Translations under genes and position numbers: made by a program
In this document: piece by piece, positions 26,421 through 39,819 of the stretch
Position numbering within the stretch: position 1 is the first letter of the stretch
How the letters are laid out: the number at the start of each line of letters is the position of its first letter
From: Octopus sinensis
Lineage: Eukaryota
Direction: 5' to 3'
NCBI RefSeq assembly: GCF_006345805.1
Contig: NC_043009.1
Location: 53,878,001-53,942,000 of the forward strand
DNA: 64,000 nucleotides
The notes under the pieces: model-generated
Told to the model about the DNA's origin: nothing
The model's input: the letters and a program-made list of their open reading frames with translations, nothing else
Database searches by the model: none

Positions 26421-28181
26421 ACAATGAGAAATTATCTTAAAACATTACTGTCCCAGATGAAACCAAACAGGATTACCACTGGATATTATATTGTTGATAA
26501 TGTTCTCGTCATTGGTAATAAAATAAGGGGGGAAATTCGCTTAAACAATTAACACTCAACACACACACACACTGTCACACACACAACACTCATACGCATA
26601 AGCTTAAACACACAGATACACACATTCACACATTCACACATACACACATACAGTTACACAGGAACTAAAATAATGTATTGCAATTGATAAAAAAATCAAA
26701 TTGCCCTCTGTGAACTGTCATCAATTTCAATAATTCCAGAAAAATATATACCTTTCTTTCTTCCTTTCTTTCCTTCTTTCTTCCTTTAAAACTCACAACA
26801 CACACATATATACACATTGAAACACATATCCAAGAAATTCACTTTTCCCAGAACAAGTGTTTTTCAAAGTTACAGCAGTTTAAAATTTGATAATTGTTAC
26901 CCAGTTAGAAAACGATTTGAAAGCTGTCATTTTGTGCGTTACAGCACATGTTGTCACCTGTAAACAAATGAAGTATTGGCTGAATTCGTCTTTACGCACG
27001 CCATGTAACCCTTCGTAACATTTTTGGTTTTTTGAAATTCTTAGTAAGTTTTTGCGAATTAGTATTCTACACATTGGACTTCATATGCACTATGCAAAAA
27101 CGAAAAGAAATAATAATTTGGTGCGTGATTTAAGGTCAACTTTGCTATTATTTTAACATATCTTACGTTCACCATTTAATAAGCGAAAACTGACCGCGTG
27201 AGTAATCAACTCGGTAACAGCTAGGCTTGTTACTATGGAAACTGACACCTATATGCCTGTGACATTCGATTGATTAAAATTACCCCAAATTTTCAAACTT
27301 CAAAAGCAATTTTTTGAAATTTATGTTAACGATTACCTCACAAAACTACACCAATACGCCAAATATGAAATCCAAATCAACTGGAACAAAAATTTGAGAA
27401 ATCCAAAAGTAGTAGCCAAATAGAAAAGTTCCTTAAACGTATATTATAGTTCCTTAACGAAGAACATATAAGAACAAATAAGTTTCAGGGAATGCGACAA
27501 TCGGACGCCATGTTCAAGATTTGTTTTCAGTTATTTATATGATTTTCAATGGGAGTTTAAATCGTTCACCGATATTAAAGTTCAGAGTAAATTAACAATA
27601 TTTTCTTTGAAATGTAAGACGTAGTTAGCAAGACGTATGTGCGGGGTCGTGCACGTTCATGTGTGTGTGTTTGTATTTGCGTACATTTTTGTATTTGTAT
27701 GTGCGTGTGTGTGTGTGTTTGTGTAAGCACATAGTTTCCTCTATATATCTATATATCGTAAGATGTATGAGCAAACCCCAAGACATCTAATCTCATAAAT
27801 TTTTATAAACACTTATATTTTAAGAAATGCAAGTGCTTTCATCTAAAATTGTGTGTTGAAACTAAAATGATTGTAACGTGTGAGACCAAATGTCAGCCAT
27901 TCAAAAACACACAGTCTCAACTTCACTTAAACATTTTTTTTTCATGTTAAAATGTCCGTCGCACCAACTGAGACCTTGTCACTGACACGGTTTCACTGTA
28001 ACGCGGTGAGTTGACAACAGCATTTTGACAAGAAATAATAAATGTTTAAATGAATTTGACATCCTGTGTATTTTATCATATACTTCATGTTATATTCCTT
28101 ATTATATATTTTGCTATGATCTTTCTCAGCCTCAGACTTGTAAAATTTATTTATTTTACCACTAGTTTATATTTGTTCGGT

Positions 28182-28562
28182 GGAGGCGCAATGGCCCAGT
28201 GGTTAGGGCAGCGGACTCGCGGTCGTAGGATCGCGGTTTCGATTCCCAGACCGGGCGTTGTGAGTGTTTATTGAGCGAAAACACCTAAAGCTCCACGAGT
28301 CTCCGGCAGGGGATGGTGGTGATCCCTGCTGTACTCTTTCACCACAACTTTCTCTCACTCTTACTTCCTGTTTCTGTTGTACCTGTATTCCAAAGGGCCG
28401 GCCTTGTCACTCTCTGTGTCACGCTGAATATCCCCGAGAACTACGTTAAGGGTACACGTGTCTGAGGAGTGCTCAGCCACTTACACGTTAATTTCACTAG
28501 CAGGCTGTTCCGTTGATCGGATCAACTGGAACCCTCGTCGTCGTAACCGACAGAGTGCTTCC
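28182..28562 (+). mobile_element. tRNA-derived SINE family C, full length with TSD
   Basis: GGAGGCGCAATGGCCCAGTGG A box, GGTTTCGATTCCC B box; ATATTTGTTC duplicated at 28169-28178 and 28563-28572. Confidence 0.9.
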
Positions 28563-28821
28563 ATATTTGTTCCCATAGTTACTTCTATGTATACATAGAT
28601 TCTAAGGCAGTCGTGTTGTGTTACGATTAGGCGTGGTTTAGTAGGTGACTAGCAACACGAGTGTAGATTAGTATCTTGAAATAAAACACAACACAAGATT
28701 TCACGAATCGCCTGTAGAAGTGAAACAACGGAACTTAAGAGTCGGCTGTGCCATTCTAAGCTAGAACTAAATCGTACACACAGATACACACGCAAGCACA
28801 TAATACGCCTGAAACGAGACA

Positions 28822-28860
<39 letters not shown>

Positions 28861-28939
28861 GCCTGCACGTACGCACGCGCGCTCGCACACGCACACTCAC
28901 ACACATTCACATACATGCAACCGTGTACAACAAAATATT

Positions 28940-30300
28940 ACAGATGAGGAACAAAATGCATTTCAATGTTTACAAGAAGATTCATTTACAGTCATTAAAC
29001 AAGATGACAGAGGAGGAGCCATTGTAATAATGGACAAGACCCATTTCAGGAAAATGGTCATAGAACAACTCCATGATCAGCAATTCTTCAGAAATGCTGA
29101 AAAACTATAAGCAAAATTGGCCAATTTACCAAAAATTTCAAAGATAACGTCACAGGAAAGAAATTCGATTAAGTCACTAATTTTGAAGTGAAGTAATTTT
29201 TATGGATTTCTTAAAATCCATAAATCCAAACACAATATAGCAGCTTAAGAAATTTCCATACTCCATTTATTAATATTCTCAAGCCAACTGATCTCAAATC
29301 GCGCTCGATTATTGCAGGATCAGCATCTAGCAACAAATGATTAAGCAAATTGCTGGACGTAATATTAGAGCCTGTATGCAGATTAGTTCCCAGTTTCATC
29401 AGAGATGACATGGACTTGTTAAAACATCCCGGAACGGGTAGAAAAAGAGATGGTTCTGGTTAGCTAGTATCTACACAAATACGTCTCATATATATGGACT
29501 AAAAGCAGCAGAATTCTGGATAAACAAACACCTACAAAGAATTCAGGAGTGATTCTCAAAAGAATTTATACTTGAAAGTTTACATATAGTACTGGGAAAA
29601 AATTCTTCTTTGATTATCAATATTATTTACAAATAGAAGATACTGCGATGGGGACGAAATTCGCTCCAACATTTGCCAGACTAGTAATGGAATACCTAGA
29701 AGAAAAAATCTACACCCTATCCAGATTACATTTGACCACCACTTCCAAACCTACCTTATAGGAAACTGGAAAAGATTCTCAAATGACTGCTTTATATTTT
29801 GGAACAGAAGCAAGGACCTTACAAAATTTCTTTAACCAGTAAATAACATTCATGTCTGAATCCAACTCAATATGGAAATGAAGTAAAAGTAACTCCCCTT
29901 TCTTGACATCCTTATAATTAAAGAAAATGACACAGTTACCTCTACTACAAGAACAGAGACACACCAATATTTAGATTTTAGATCTTACTGCCGTTCCCAT
30001 ACAAAAAAGAACATGCTATCTAATATAGCAAGGTGCATATGGTCAATAGTCACAGATACTCTTAGACGAAAGAAACGATTGGCAGAACTTAACATATTCC
30101 TTCAGAAACAAAAAATATCCCAACAAGGTAATTCGTAACAAAAGCAAAAGAAATCCCGATCTCTACAATACAGAGAAACACCCAAATTAGGCGTGATAAT
30201 AAAAATACAAATACAAATATTCCGTTTGTAGACACCCACAGTCCTAGAAATCAAATTAGCCTGCACCCTGCCAGCCAATATCTCCCAATTCTACATCAAT
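28940..30300 (+). pseudogene. Penelope-like element RT domain, decayed
   Basis: IKQDDRGGAIVIMDK, FYGFLKIHK, TAMGTKFAPTFA, WKRFSNDCFIFW, PFLDILI, THQYLDF; many frameshifts. Confidence 0.9.
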
Positions 30301-30330
30301 CATCAAATCTCATATACGAACTTCTATTTG

Positions 30331-30462
30331 TTCTTCAAACTGCATTCCAGCAACTTTTAGTGTTTGGCCCTGAGTTTTATTAATGCTCATGGCAAGAGAA
30401 AGACGGATAGGAAACTGCAACGGCTTAAATTGGAATGTGAGATTAGATGGTATAACAACCAG
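30331..30462 (-). mobile_element. Helitron PIF1-like helicase C-terminal fragment
   Basis: IPSNLTFQFKPLQFPIRLSLAMSINKTQGQTLKVAG matches the conserved PIF1/Helitron motif. Confidence 0.85.
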
Positions 30463-30699
30463 TGAGAATATTTGCCTCAGTGCAGTTATACTATTGCATG
30501 ATTTTTGTTGAGACAAATTAGGCAATAGCAAGATAGCACTAGAAAAAGCATAAACAAACATACACACAAACGGACGTAATCTATCTTTTAAGTATAAAAT
30601 AATAGAGAGATACATATGCATAATAGCATCCCTTGAACCATTTACTTTCATGTTGGTGGACAAACAATCGAAGAAACACAAACGGACAGAATCGCTCTA

Positions 30700-30763
<64 letters not shown>

Positions 30764-30988
30764 CCGTAAATGCATATGCGTATACATATGAATATATACA
30801 TTTGTGTATCCATACATCGGTAGAGATAGATATCTATGAATATTTATGAAAGTTAGAAAGAAATTTAATACCTTAGATAATTGTAACTCTTGTAACATAG
30901 GTGGGTATATGCGGGACACGTTGATGTGTGTGTGTTTGTATTTGTGTGTGCATGTGTGTGTGAGTGAGTGAGTGTTTGCATGTGTGTA

Positions 30989-31019
<31 letters not shown>

Positions 31020-31119
31020 GTATTTGTGTAAGCACATAGTAGTCTCTATACATCTATATATCGTTCGGTGCGTCAGTAGAATATAGACACTCTGATTTAA
31101 AGGTTTCAAATTCTTTACG

Positions 31120-31300
31120 GAACTGGAATAGTCGATTACATTGACCCACAGTACTCAAATGTTACTTATTTTACCGTGCCCAATAGGATGAAAGGCAAAG
31201 TCGATCTTGGCGTCATTTGAACTGAGAACGTAACGGACTGGGGAAAAAAGTACCCCCGATGCATATTGCACGCGGTCCTAACGCTTCTACCAGCATGCTA
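31120..31300 (-). mobile_element. Family B SINE, diverged
   Basis: GGATGAAAGGCAAAGTCGA central block. Confidence 0.65.
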
Positions 31301-32113
31301 AGTTTTAAATCAAAACAAATAGGAACCGCAACAGAAAGAACGTGAAGAACAACAATAACGGTGTCAGCAGCAGAAACTCAATACAATCTTTAAGTATATA
31401 GCTATGTCAACTTAAGTGAAAAGACACATAGGGTAATAATCGAATTCCGATAAGACTCTCAATATTTCTAGGTCAATGATTTTCTCTAATATAGATAAAG
31501 CTAAATCGAATTTCTGAAAAATACATTTCTTTTATTTTGATCCTGGATTAACCCAGTTGTACGTAGAGCACACCTCCTGCTGACTTCCGCTGTCATGTTA
31601 AATAGTGTGAATGAAATATATAGGAGCCACTCCTAAATAAGTCTAATTCATATGTGAAAGTAAAGCAAGTGTAATCTCACTCCTCAACCATATTTAGGTG
31701 TGTGCGTGCGTGCACGTTTACGTTTGTGTATGTGCTTACGCGTATGTATGTATGTATGTATATATATATATATATTATGTTGTATTATTTTCAGCCAGAG
31801 ACCGATACCATTCCAGGACAACTCCTTTCAGATTGATTGGATTTCTTTCCTGTATTTTAATCTGGTAAAGTAACGAGTTGGACGGAACTGCCCTTCTTTG
31901 TGACTCCTGCAGCAATGAAGATTCATTTGGTATCTTAGGTAAAAAAAAAACATTGTCCTGACGTCCTTTGAAGACATCCATACTCTACCTCTACACCTCG
32001 CAGATATTTAAGGCAGTTTGTTACAATGTTGAATAGTTGCGGAGCCTTGAAACCCAAACTGTTATAATAGAGAGTCCTTATTCTAGACGGAAGTATAATA
32101 TTGGTATATTCAG

Positions 32114-32335
32114 TACTCTTTTACTTGTTTCAGTCATTTGACTGCGGCCATGCCGGAGCACCGCCTTTAGTCGAGCAAATCGACTCCGGGACTTATTCTT
32201 TGTAAGCCCAGTACTTATTCTATCGGTCTCTTTTGCCGAACCGCTAAGTAACGGGGACATAAACACACCAGCATCGGTTGTCAAGCAATGCTAGGGGGAC
32301 AAACACAGACACACACACACACATATATATATATA
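32114..32335 (-). mobile_element. Family A SINE, 3' half
   Basis: Tail and body up to the internal microsatellite. Confidence 0.85.
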
Positions 32336-33038
32336 CACAGTTTCGGTTTGCAGCTTTTGTCAGATAGTATGTATGGATGGATGTCTGTATTATTTACGTG
32401 CGTATGTATAGACGTATGTGTGCATGTATTATGTATGTATGTGACAAGACCGTGCTCTTGATTTATCGTATAAGTTGTTTTGAGGTATTCGTTCGGTTTC
32501 CCCACTGTATGTATTCCAATATCACCGAAGTCAACTTTACTTCTCGGTGATCATAATGTCGTACTACACGAAGTGATTCAGTCAACCTTTTTAGCATTGT
32601 ATATCAAAAATGTACTGAAAGTGTATCTCCATAAACGTTATCAATCGAAATAGAGCGCTCATTATTGCATAACTTGCAATAGAATGTATTAATTTTACAA
32701 GTTATAGGTGAAGATATATTTTGGTTCAATTTCCTTTCAGTACTTAAATCTTATGTTTTATCATTATCAAACGCGGAAGAAAGTAAGACAAGTTCTCATC
32801 GGTATTAGAACTGAGAAGATAAAAGTCCGTACCGCGAGGCATTTTATATATGACTTTACTGATTGAAACTACAATACTTACTTATTTACCTCTTATTTAT
32901 TTGAGTGTTAAGTATTGTTGTTGTCGGTATCGTTGTTCTTGTTGTTCGCCCCAAGTCAACACAAAGGTAAGAACAAATATGTGATCAAAAATATTACAGA
33001 TCCGATAATCCGCTATTTTTGTTTTTGTTTTTTTTTTT

Positions 33039-33194
33039 TAGGCGCAGGAGTGTCTGCGTATTGAGTAGCTTGATTACCAGCTACATGGTTCCGGGTTCAG
33101 TCTCACTGAGTGGCACCTTGGGCAAGTGTCTTCTACTATAGCCCTGTGAGTGGATTTGGTAGACGGAAACTGAAATAAGCCCGTCGTATATATG

Positions 33195-33245
<51 letters not shown>

Positions 33246-33458
33246 TTGTGTGTCTGTGTTTGTTCCCCCAACGTAGCTTCACAATGGATGTTGGTGTGTT
33301 TACGTCCCCGTAACTTATCGGTTCAGCAAAAGCGACCGATAGAATAAGTACTAGGCTTACAAAGAATAAGACCTAGGGACGATTTGTTCGACTAAAGGCG
33401 GTGCTCCAGCATGGCCGCAGTCAAATGACTGAAACAAGTAAAAGAGTAAAAAGAGTAA
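33039..33458 (+). mobile_element. Family A SINE, full length
   Basis: Head, GTGGCACCTTGGGCAAGTGTCTT CORE-like block, tail. Confidence 0.9.
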
Positions 33459-33483
33459 AGCTTATATCCTGCATAAACTTAAT

Positions 33484-33895
33484 AGAGGCGCAGTCATGGC
33501 TGCGTGGTTAAGAATTCCGTTTTGCAGCCACGTCGTTTGGGGTTCAGTCCCACTGCGCGGCACCTAGGGCAAGTATCTTGCCTTAAAGCTGCAAATCGAC
33601 TAATGTTTGTGAGGGAATTTGGTAGGCGGAATTTCTGAGTCAGGAAACCTGTTTGTGGGGGGGGGGCAAGAGGGAAGGAGAGCGTGTGTGCGTGACGATT
33701 TGTTTGTGTATGTCCACTACTTGACAATCGGTGTCGGTTTGATTACGTACCCGTGGCATGACATTTAGGGGAAAGAAACTGTTAAAATTACCAGACGTAT
33801 CAAATAAGCACTGGGGATGATTTATTCGACAAAACCCTGCATAGCAGTGCCGAAATATAACCGTTGTCCAATGACTGAAACAATAACAGATAAAA
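33484..33895 (+). mobile_element. Older family A-related SINE
   Basis: GGCGCAGTCATGGCTGCGTGG head, GGTTCAGTCCC, CACCTAGGGCAAG. Confidence 0.65.
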
Positions 33896-34034
33896 GATAC
33901 TGACCCAAGGACTATATTTTCCAACGAATTCTCGTTGGATAATATCATTTGAAACGACGTGATTGCTATTTCTAGCTGGTCGAACAACCGTGTGCTCACA
34001 CGTTAATTTTTACCCAGAGAGACAAAATATGCGA

Positions 34035-34205
34035 GAGGGGATGGAATTTGAACTGAGACCGTAAAGATTGACGAAATTTAGCTTAGCATTATGTCCGGTA
34101 TGCTAACGATTCTGCCAGCTAACCAACTTAAAAATACGCTAAGAATACTTTCTACTTTAGGCACAAGGCAAGAAATTTTCGAGTGGGTGGCTAGTCGGTT
34201 ACATC
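34035..34205. mobile_element. Family B SINE fragments
   Basis: GGAATTTGAACTGAGA...GCTAACGATTCTGCCAGC head remnant and TTTCTACTTTAGGCACAAGG tail remnant. Confidence 0.55.
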
Positions 34206-35517
34206 AAGCACAGTGTTCAACTGCTTTTATTCTATTGAATAGTAAGAACCATTTCAAGCACTGCATCTCAGTCCTTGTTTCACGAATCGTCTTCCATATA
34301 CACATATGTACACACAGTCACTGATTCCCACTCACTCAGAAACTCTCATAATCTCTCCCTAACTATCTCTCTTGCGTTGATCAAGACTGTGAATAAAATA
34401 CAGTATATATTATTGAAGAAAACAACGCACGTGAATTATAAGAAGAATTTAAACATTTACTCCAGCGCTGTGTAAATATAATTCTGATTTAATAGTTTAG
34501 TATTTCGTTTGTTTCTTCCCTTCAGCACCCGCGAGCAAATTCCTTCGAAATAAAATGAAAAGAAACTTGCAAGAAATTTGAGGAAGCGACCACGAAATAC
34601 ATGTAAGCATTTGACGTAAGAAAAGTTTAAACATACATGCACTTAGAACCTCTAGTAATACTTCAAAGTAAAAATTTCTTTTGGTTTCTTATATCAGGAT
34701 TTATTATTTAAAGAAAGATTATATCTATTACAGAATCATGTTGCTACTCATATCCTGGAATCTGACTAACTTTATATTTGTTCTTGTTTCGGGTTTTCGT
34801 TGAAGTAACCATTCTCAAAACGAGAGAAAAATTATATTTATTTGAAGTACTTTACGATTGCTATTCGTAAATATTTTTCTCTTAAATTACTTAAAGGTCT
34901 TTATTTTCGAGAAGGCTCTTATTTTATAACGCGTTTTGTTTTTATTCAGACCCACCATACTTCTAATGTAACTATTAATTGGATATTATTTGCGAATTCG
35001 TTGTACTAAAAAAGCACCTCCACGCCAAAAAAAAAAAAAAAAAAAAATGCAAGCTGCTCTCCAACTTAAGAGGCGTATGTGATTTATTTTCGTCTAATCC
35101 CAGGGAAATGTAACAGAGTACAAATTTTAAAAAAAATGGGATATCCGAGCTACGGTATATAGTGTAACCTTTCCTTTTTTAAAATGTGAAGTAGATTTCT
35201 CTAATATTTTAAAAATATAGATGGACGATCTATAGGCCACCTTGTTTATTGAAACAACTTAAGGAAACGATATGAGCAGGATTAAGTTCCTTTTAATAAC
35301 GAAGTGTCTACATTGTAAGATTATAAACGGGAGAAGCATTAATATCATACACAGTTTTGTTATAAGCCAGTGAACTCGATTCACTTTCTATAGATGTACT
35401 GGAATGTATCAACAAAGATCATATTACATTGCTCTTTCATATTTTACATCTAGACGTCAATATGGCAGGTATTTCAGTGTATAGACTTAACTGAACACGC
35501 CTCAACACATAATGTGT

Positions 35518-35914
35518 ACTCTTTACTCTTTACTCTTTTACTTGTTTCAGTCATTTGACTGCGGCCATGCTGGAGCACCACCTTTAGTCGAGCAAATCGA
35601 CCCCAGGACTTATTCTTTGTAAGCCTAGTACTTATTCTATCGGACTCTCTTGCCGAACCGTTAAGTTACGGGGACGTAAACACACCACCATCGGTTGTCA
35701 AGCGATGTTGGAGGGACAAACTCACACACACATATATATATACATATATACGACGGGCTTATTTCAGTTTCCGTCTACCAAATGCACTCACATGGCTTTG
35801 GCCGGCCCCAGGCTATACTAGAAGACACTTGCCCAAGGTGCCACGCAGTGGGACTGAAGCCGGAACCATGTGGCTGGTTAGCAAGCTACTTACCAGACAG
35901 CCACTCCTGCGCCT
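35518..35914 (-). mobile_element. Family A SINE, full length
   Basis: Complete head, body and (AAAGAGT)n tail. Confidence 0.9.
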
Positions 35915-36113
35915 AATTGTATATTTGTGCATCTAAGAATTTAACAGTTACCTGAATCACTCAGAGCAAATGCCAAAACAGAATTCGCGGTCTAATTACT
36001 AGAAATCCAAATACTTTACGATATTAACTATATAGATCTGGATATACACAAATGATAAATAAGAGAGAAAGAGAGACAGAGAGAGAGAGGCAGACCCAGA
36101 GAGAGACAAAGAG

Positions 36114-36162
<49 letters not shown>

Positions 36163-36493
36163 GTCTTTAGATCGAAGGTTTCCTCGATTAAAATTGACTT
36201 GGGGTTACACCAGTGTCTTTCATAAGAGGATAGGGCCATTCTGCTAGAGAGAGAGGTGGGGAGAGAGAAAGATCCTTGGAATGAGTATACTGGAATGGCT
36301 AGAGTAATAAATTAAAAGAATGATAGAATTGCACATTAGAGCATTGTGAGTGTCATGTCTGATTAAATGTGTATATAGAATTATGTTTAGCTGGACTTAC
36401 GTTTAGATATGTGTGGATGGAGCACCCAACATCCACTGGAGTTCAGTAGATTTATACTGCCATCAGATTCAGTAAAATGCAGAGTCGTATGAA

Positions 36494-36586
<93 letters not shown>

Positions 36587-37806
36587 TTTAGCTAGTTAGT
36601 TAGTTAGTTAGTTAGTTAATTTGGCTCAAAAGCAAATAGCAAGGCCATGTAGGGGGACATGGAGTTAAGTACAGAGTGGTGTTCATGTAAAGAGTTCAGG
36701 CCACTTGAGGTCCAGGGAGGCTTTGAACAAAGCGGTCGTCGGCATCTTCACCATCTCGTCTGGCAGCGTGTTCCACGGATCCGCAACCCGGACGGAGAAA
36801 GCTCCTCTCCTTCGATTGAGATGAAATCGTCGCAGGTAGAGCTTTTCGGAATGACCCCGCAGCCGACGCTCTGGAGCAGGAGTGAAGAACAGCTCTTTCG
36901 AGAGGTTACACTTTCCGCTTATGATGTTGTGGGCGAGAATGAGATCACCACGGCGGCGGCGTTTTTCAAGAGAATAAAGGTCGAGCGTCCTCAGCCTTTC
37001 TTCGTAGGACAAATTTTTGAGACCATGAACCATGCGGGTAGCCAGCTTCTGGACTCTTTCGAGATGCTATATGTCTTTGAGGAGATAAGGAGAAGAGACT
37101 TGAATCCCATACTCCAATATGGGTCTCACCAGCGTGACATAGAGTGGTAGGAATATGGCTGCTGTGAGCATTCCGAATGACCGTCGAATCAAGAACAGAA
37201 TTCCGCGTGCTTTGTTGCCAGCATGGACGCACTGGGCCGAAGGCGAAAAGGAGGAATCCACCAAGATTCCCAGGTCCTTTACCTGATCGGTCGTCTCCAG
37301 CAGCAGACGACCCGGCTCGAAATCAAGTTGAGTTGCAGGAGTAGAGCCGACAGGCAGATGACAGCACTTTGACACGTTCAGACACAGGTCCCAATCGTTA
37401 GACCACTTCCAAATTTGGTGGAGGCATCGACGAAGATCCTCTATATTACCGCGAGGAGCGACCACTTTGATATCGTCGGCAAATAGAAGGGTGTGTTGCG
37501 TGAGGTCGTCGGGCAAGTCATTTATGAAGACTTATGAACCTTGAGGCACGCCACTGCTCGCACTGGAGACGTCGGACCGCGAACCATTAACTTGGACTTG
37601 GAAGGAGCGATCTGAGAGGAAGGCACCAGCCCATCGTACAATATCCGGATGGAAACTATATGCTTGAAGCTTCACAAATAATAGGCGGTGGTTTACCGAG
37701 TCAAAAGCTTTGGCAAAGTCCAATAAAACGATGTCAACAGCATCACTATCATCGAGGATGCGCGTCACCAATTCTTCCATTACTAGTAAGTTGGTCAAGC
37801 ATGATT
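36494..37806 (-). mobile_element. 5'-truncated CR1-type LINE (RT 3' half, 3' UTR, (CTAA)n tail)
   Basis: SCLTNLL, LDFAKAFDSVNH, GVPQGS, LFADDIK, LVRPILEYG, RRRRGDLI, LRGH..KL, WNTLP; in-frame TAG and a deletion after GVPQGS; 3' UTR hairpin CCATGT/ACATGG; tail at 36494-36618. Confidence 0.93.
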
Positions 37807-38255
37807 CAAGTATTGATTCAATGGACTATAACGTATATGACATTGGGACAGTAGTCGGAATCATTCTTAGAGCATGGAAATGGCAATATCACGAGAGTAC
37901 CAGAAATACTAGTGTGTCAAAATAATTACCTGATATTATCGATTTTATTCGTATATAGCCTAAGTGTTCAAATTTAACCATCATCATCTTCGTCATTCTT
38001 CCTCCCAACGGAGACGGAATATCTGACAGTTATAAATATTTATTTAATATTTTTCTTTGCATGCCAGAAAATATTACCACTGCAAAACCGAAAACTTGGT
38101 AGTTTGAATACTTTGGGAGATAATCTTTAGAAGACAATATCACATATATATATATATACATATATATATATATGTATGCATGTATGTGAATGTATGTGTA
38201 TATATATATATATATATATATACAAAGAGAGAGAGAGAGAGAGAGAGAGATAGGT

Positions 38256-38327
<72 letters not shown>

Positions 38328-38374
38328 ATAGATAAATATATATATATAATATATATATATAGATAGATAGATAC

Positions 38375-38447
<73 letters not shown>

Positions 38448-39287
38448 CAGATAGATAGATTATATTTCATACTCCTATCCGAATGTTGTTTGACATTCAG
38501 ATGTCAGATTTTGATCTAGAAATGTAATGTATTAAATATCCGATTTTTGTTCACTCTATTGGAATATGAAGAAAAATATATATCATATAAATAATTGTAT
38601 ATATGAATATACATACATACACACATACACACACACACATATATATATATACATAAATAAACCTATATATATATATATATATTACATATATTTATACGCG
38701 CACACATAGACACACTCACACAAATACACATATACAAATTATAATGTAATACAGTCTAGTATAAGAGGAATTCAAATTCAAGTCATTTCCTGCCTCATTC
38801 GGACACTATTTATTTAAATGAGGTCAAAATTTAAATGAAGCTCTGGATTAAGTGACATGTCTTCAGAGATTTCATTTTAATTAATATTTACATTTTATAT
38901 CATTGATATTAGCTTCACACGCCCTCTAGTTAAATCAATATTGTTTACCAAGCAAAGTTGAGATCAGTATGTATTTTCGAATCTTGATTGCTGAAACAAT
39001 TGCAATCCTTCACGAAATATACTGAGAGTAATGTTGGTAGTCACATCACGCTTGAATTTTCCAATTTCCGCATATTATTTGCCGCTTTACATAAAGATAT
39101 TGAATATAGATGTTATTGTCATGCGAAGGCCATTTTTTGAATAAGGCCTGATATGTCGAGCAATTTAGCACCACTATGAAACTGTTGATTTTGCTGCTGG
39201 TGGTGTTGTGATTTTGTTTGTGCTTTAAAATAGAAGGCCTCAACTGAACAGGAAAAAAACTCTCGTTCAGAAATTAGCTGCATTGAC

Positions 39288-39322
<35 letters not shown>

Positions 39323-39392
39323 TACACACATATATGTATGTATGTATATATATATATATATATATATTATATAGATCATATCAAGATAGATA

Positions 39393-39526
39393 AGGTCGGT
39401 CTGTGGGATTACTATGGATTTCATGTCCATAAAATTATACGGCAACAGGTTTTGCGGTCTGATGATACGCTGTAAATCTAAGCGCTTTATTGACGTAAAA
39501 CCAAGGGTAATCCCATAGACCGGCCT
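39393..39526. mobile_element. Small MITE-like element with 20-bp TIRs
   Basis: AGGTCGGTCTGTGGGATTAC versus reverse complement AGGCCGGTCTATGGGATTAC (18/20). Confidence 0.6.
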
Positions 39527-39584
39527 GATATGTCTATATATTATACTACTTGTTTTTCGAATTTATGATTTACCAACGATATAC

Positions 39585-39686
<102 letters not shown>

Positions 39687-39768
39687 GGTCCCGGGTTGAG
39701 TCGGGGTTAACCACAGTAAATAAGGTACTCAATACATAGCAGAGTAAATTAATTTATTTTATAGAAGG

Positions 39769-39819
39769 AGCTTCTACAGGACTAGAACTGTTTCATTCAA
39801 AAGAAATCATCAGGAAGCT
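39769..39819 (-). ncRNA. Type I hammerhead ribozyme motif
   Basis: AGCUUC-CUGAUGA-U UUC UUUU GAA U-GAA-ACAG UUCUAGUC CUGU-A^GAAGCU: intact core, 6-bp stem I, 4-bp stem III, weak stem II. Confidence 0.8.

Noticed and set aside
28182-28255. tRNA-like sequences at SINE heads (also 33039, 40484, 45247, 46771)
   Set aside because: They continue into SINE bodies, several have TSDs, and none gives a complete cloverleaf; they are not tRNA genes
34526-34602. Strong acceptor and GTAAGC donor enclosing 77 nt
   Set aside because: All three frames contain stops; only a non-coding exon is possible and nothing else supports it
36494-36618. (TTAG)n as an interstitial telomere
   Set aside because: It is not TTAGGG and is explained as the 3' tail of the CR1-type LINE
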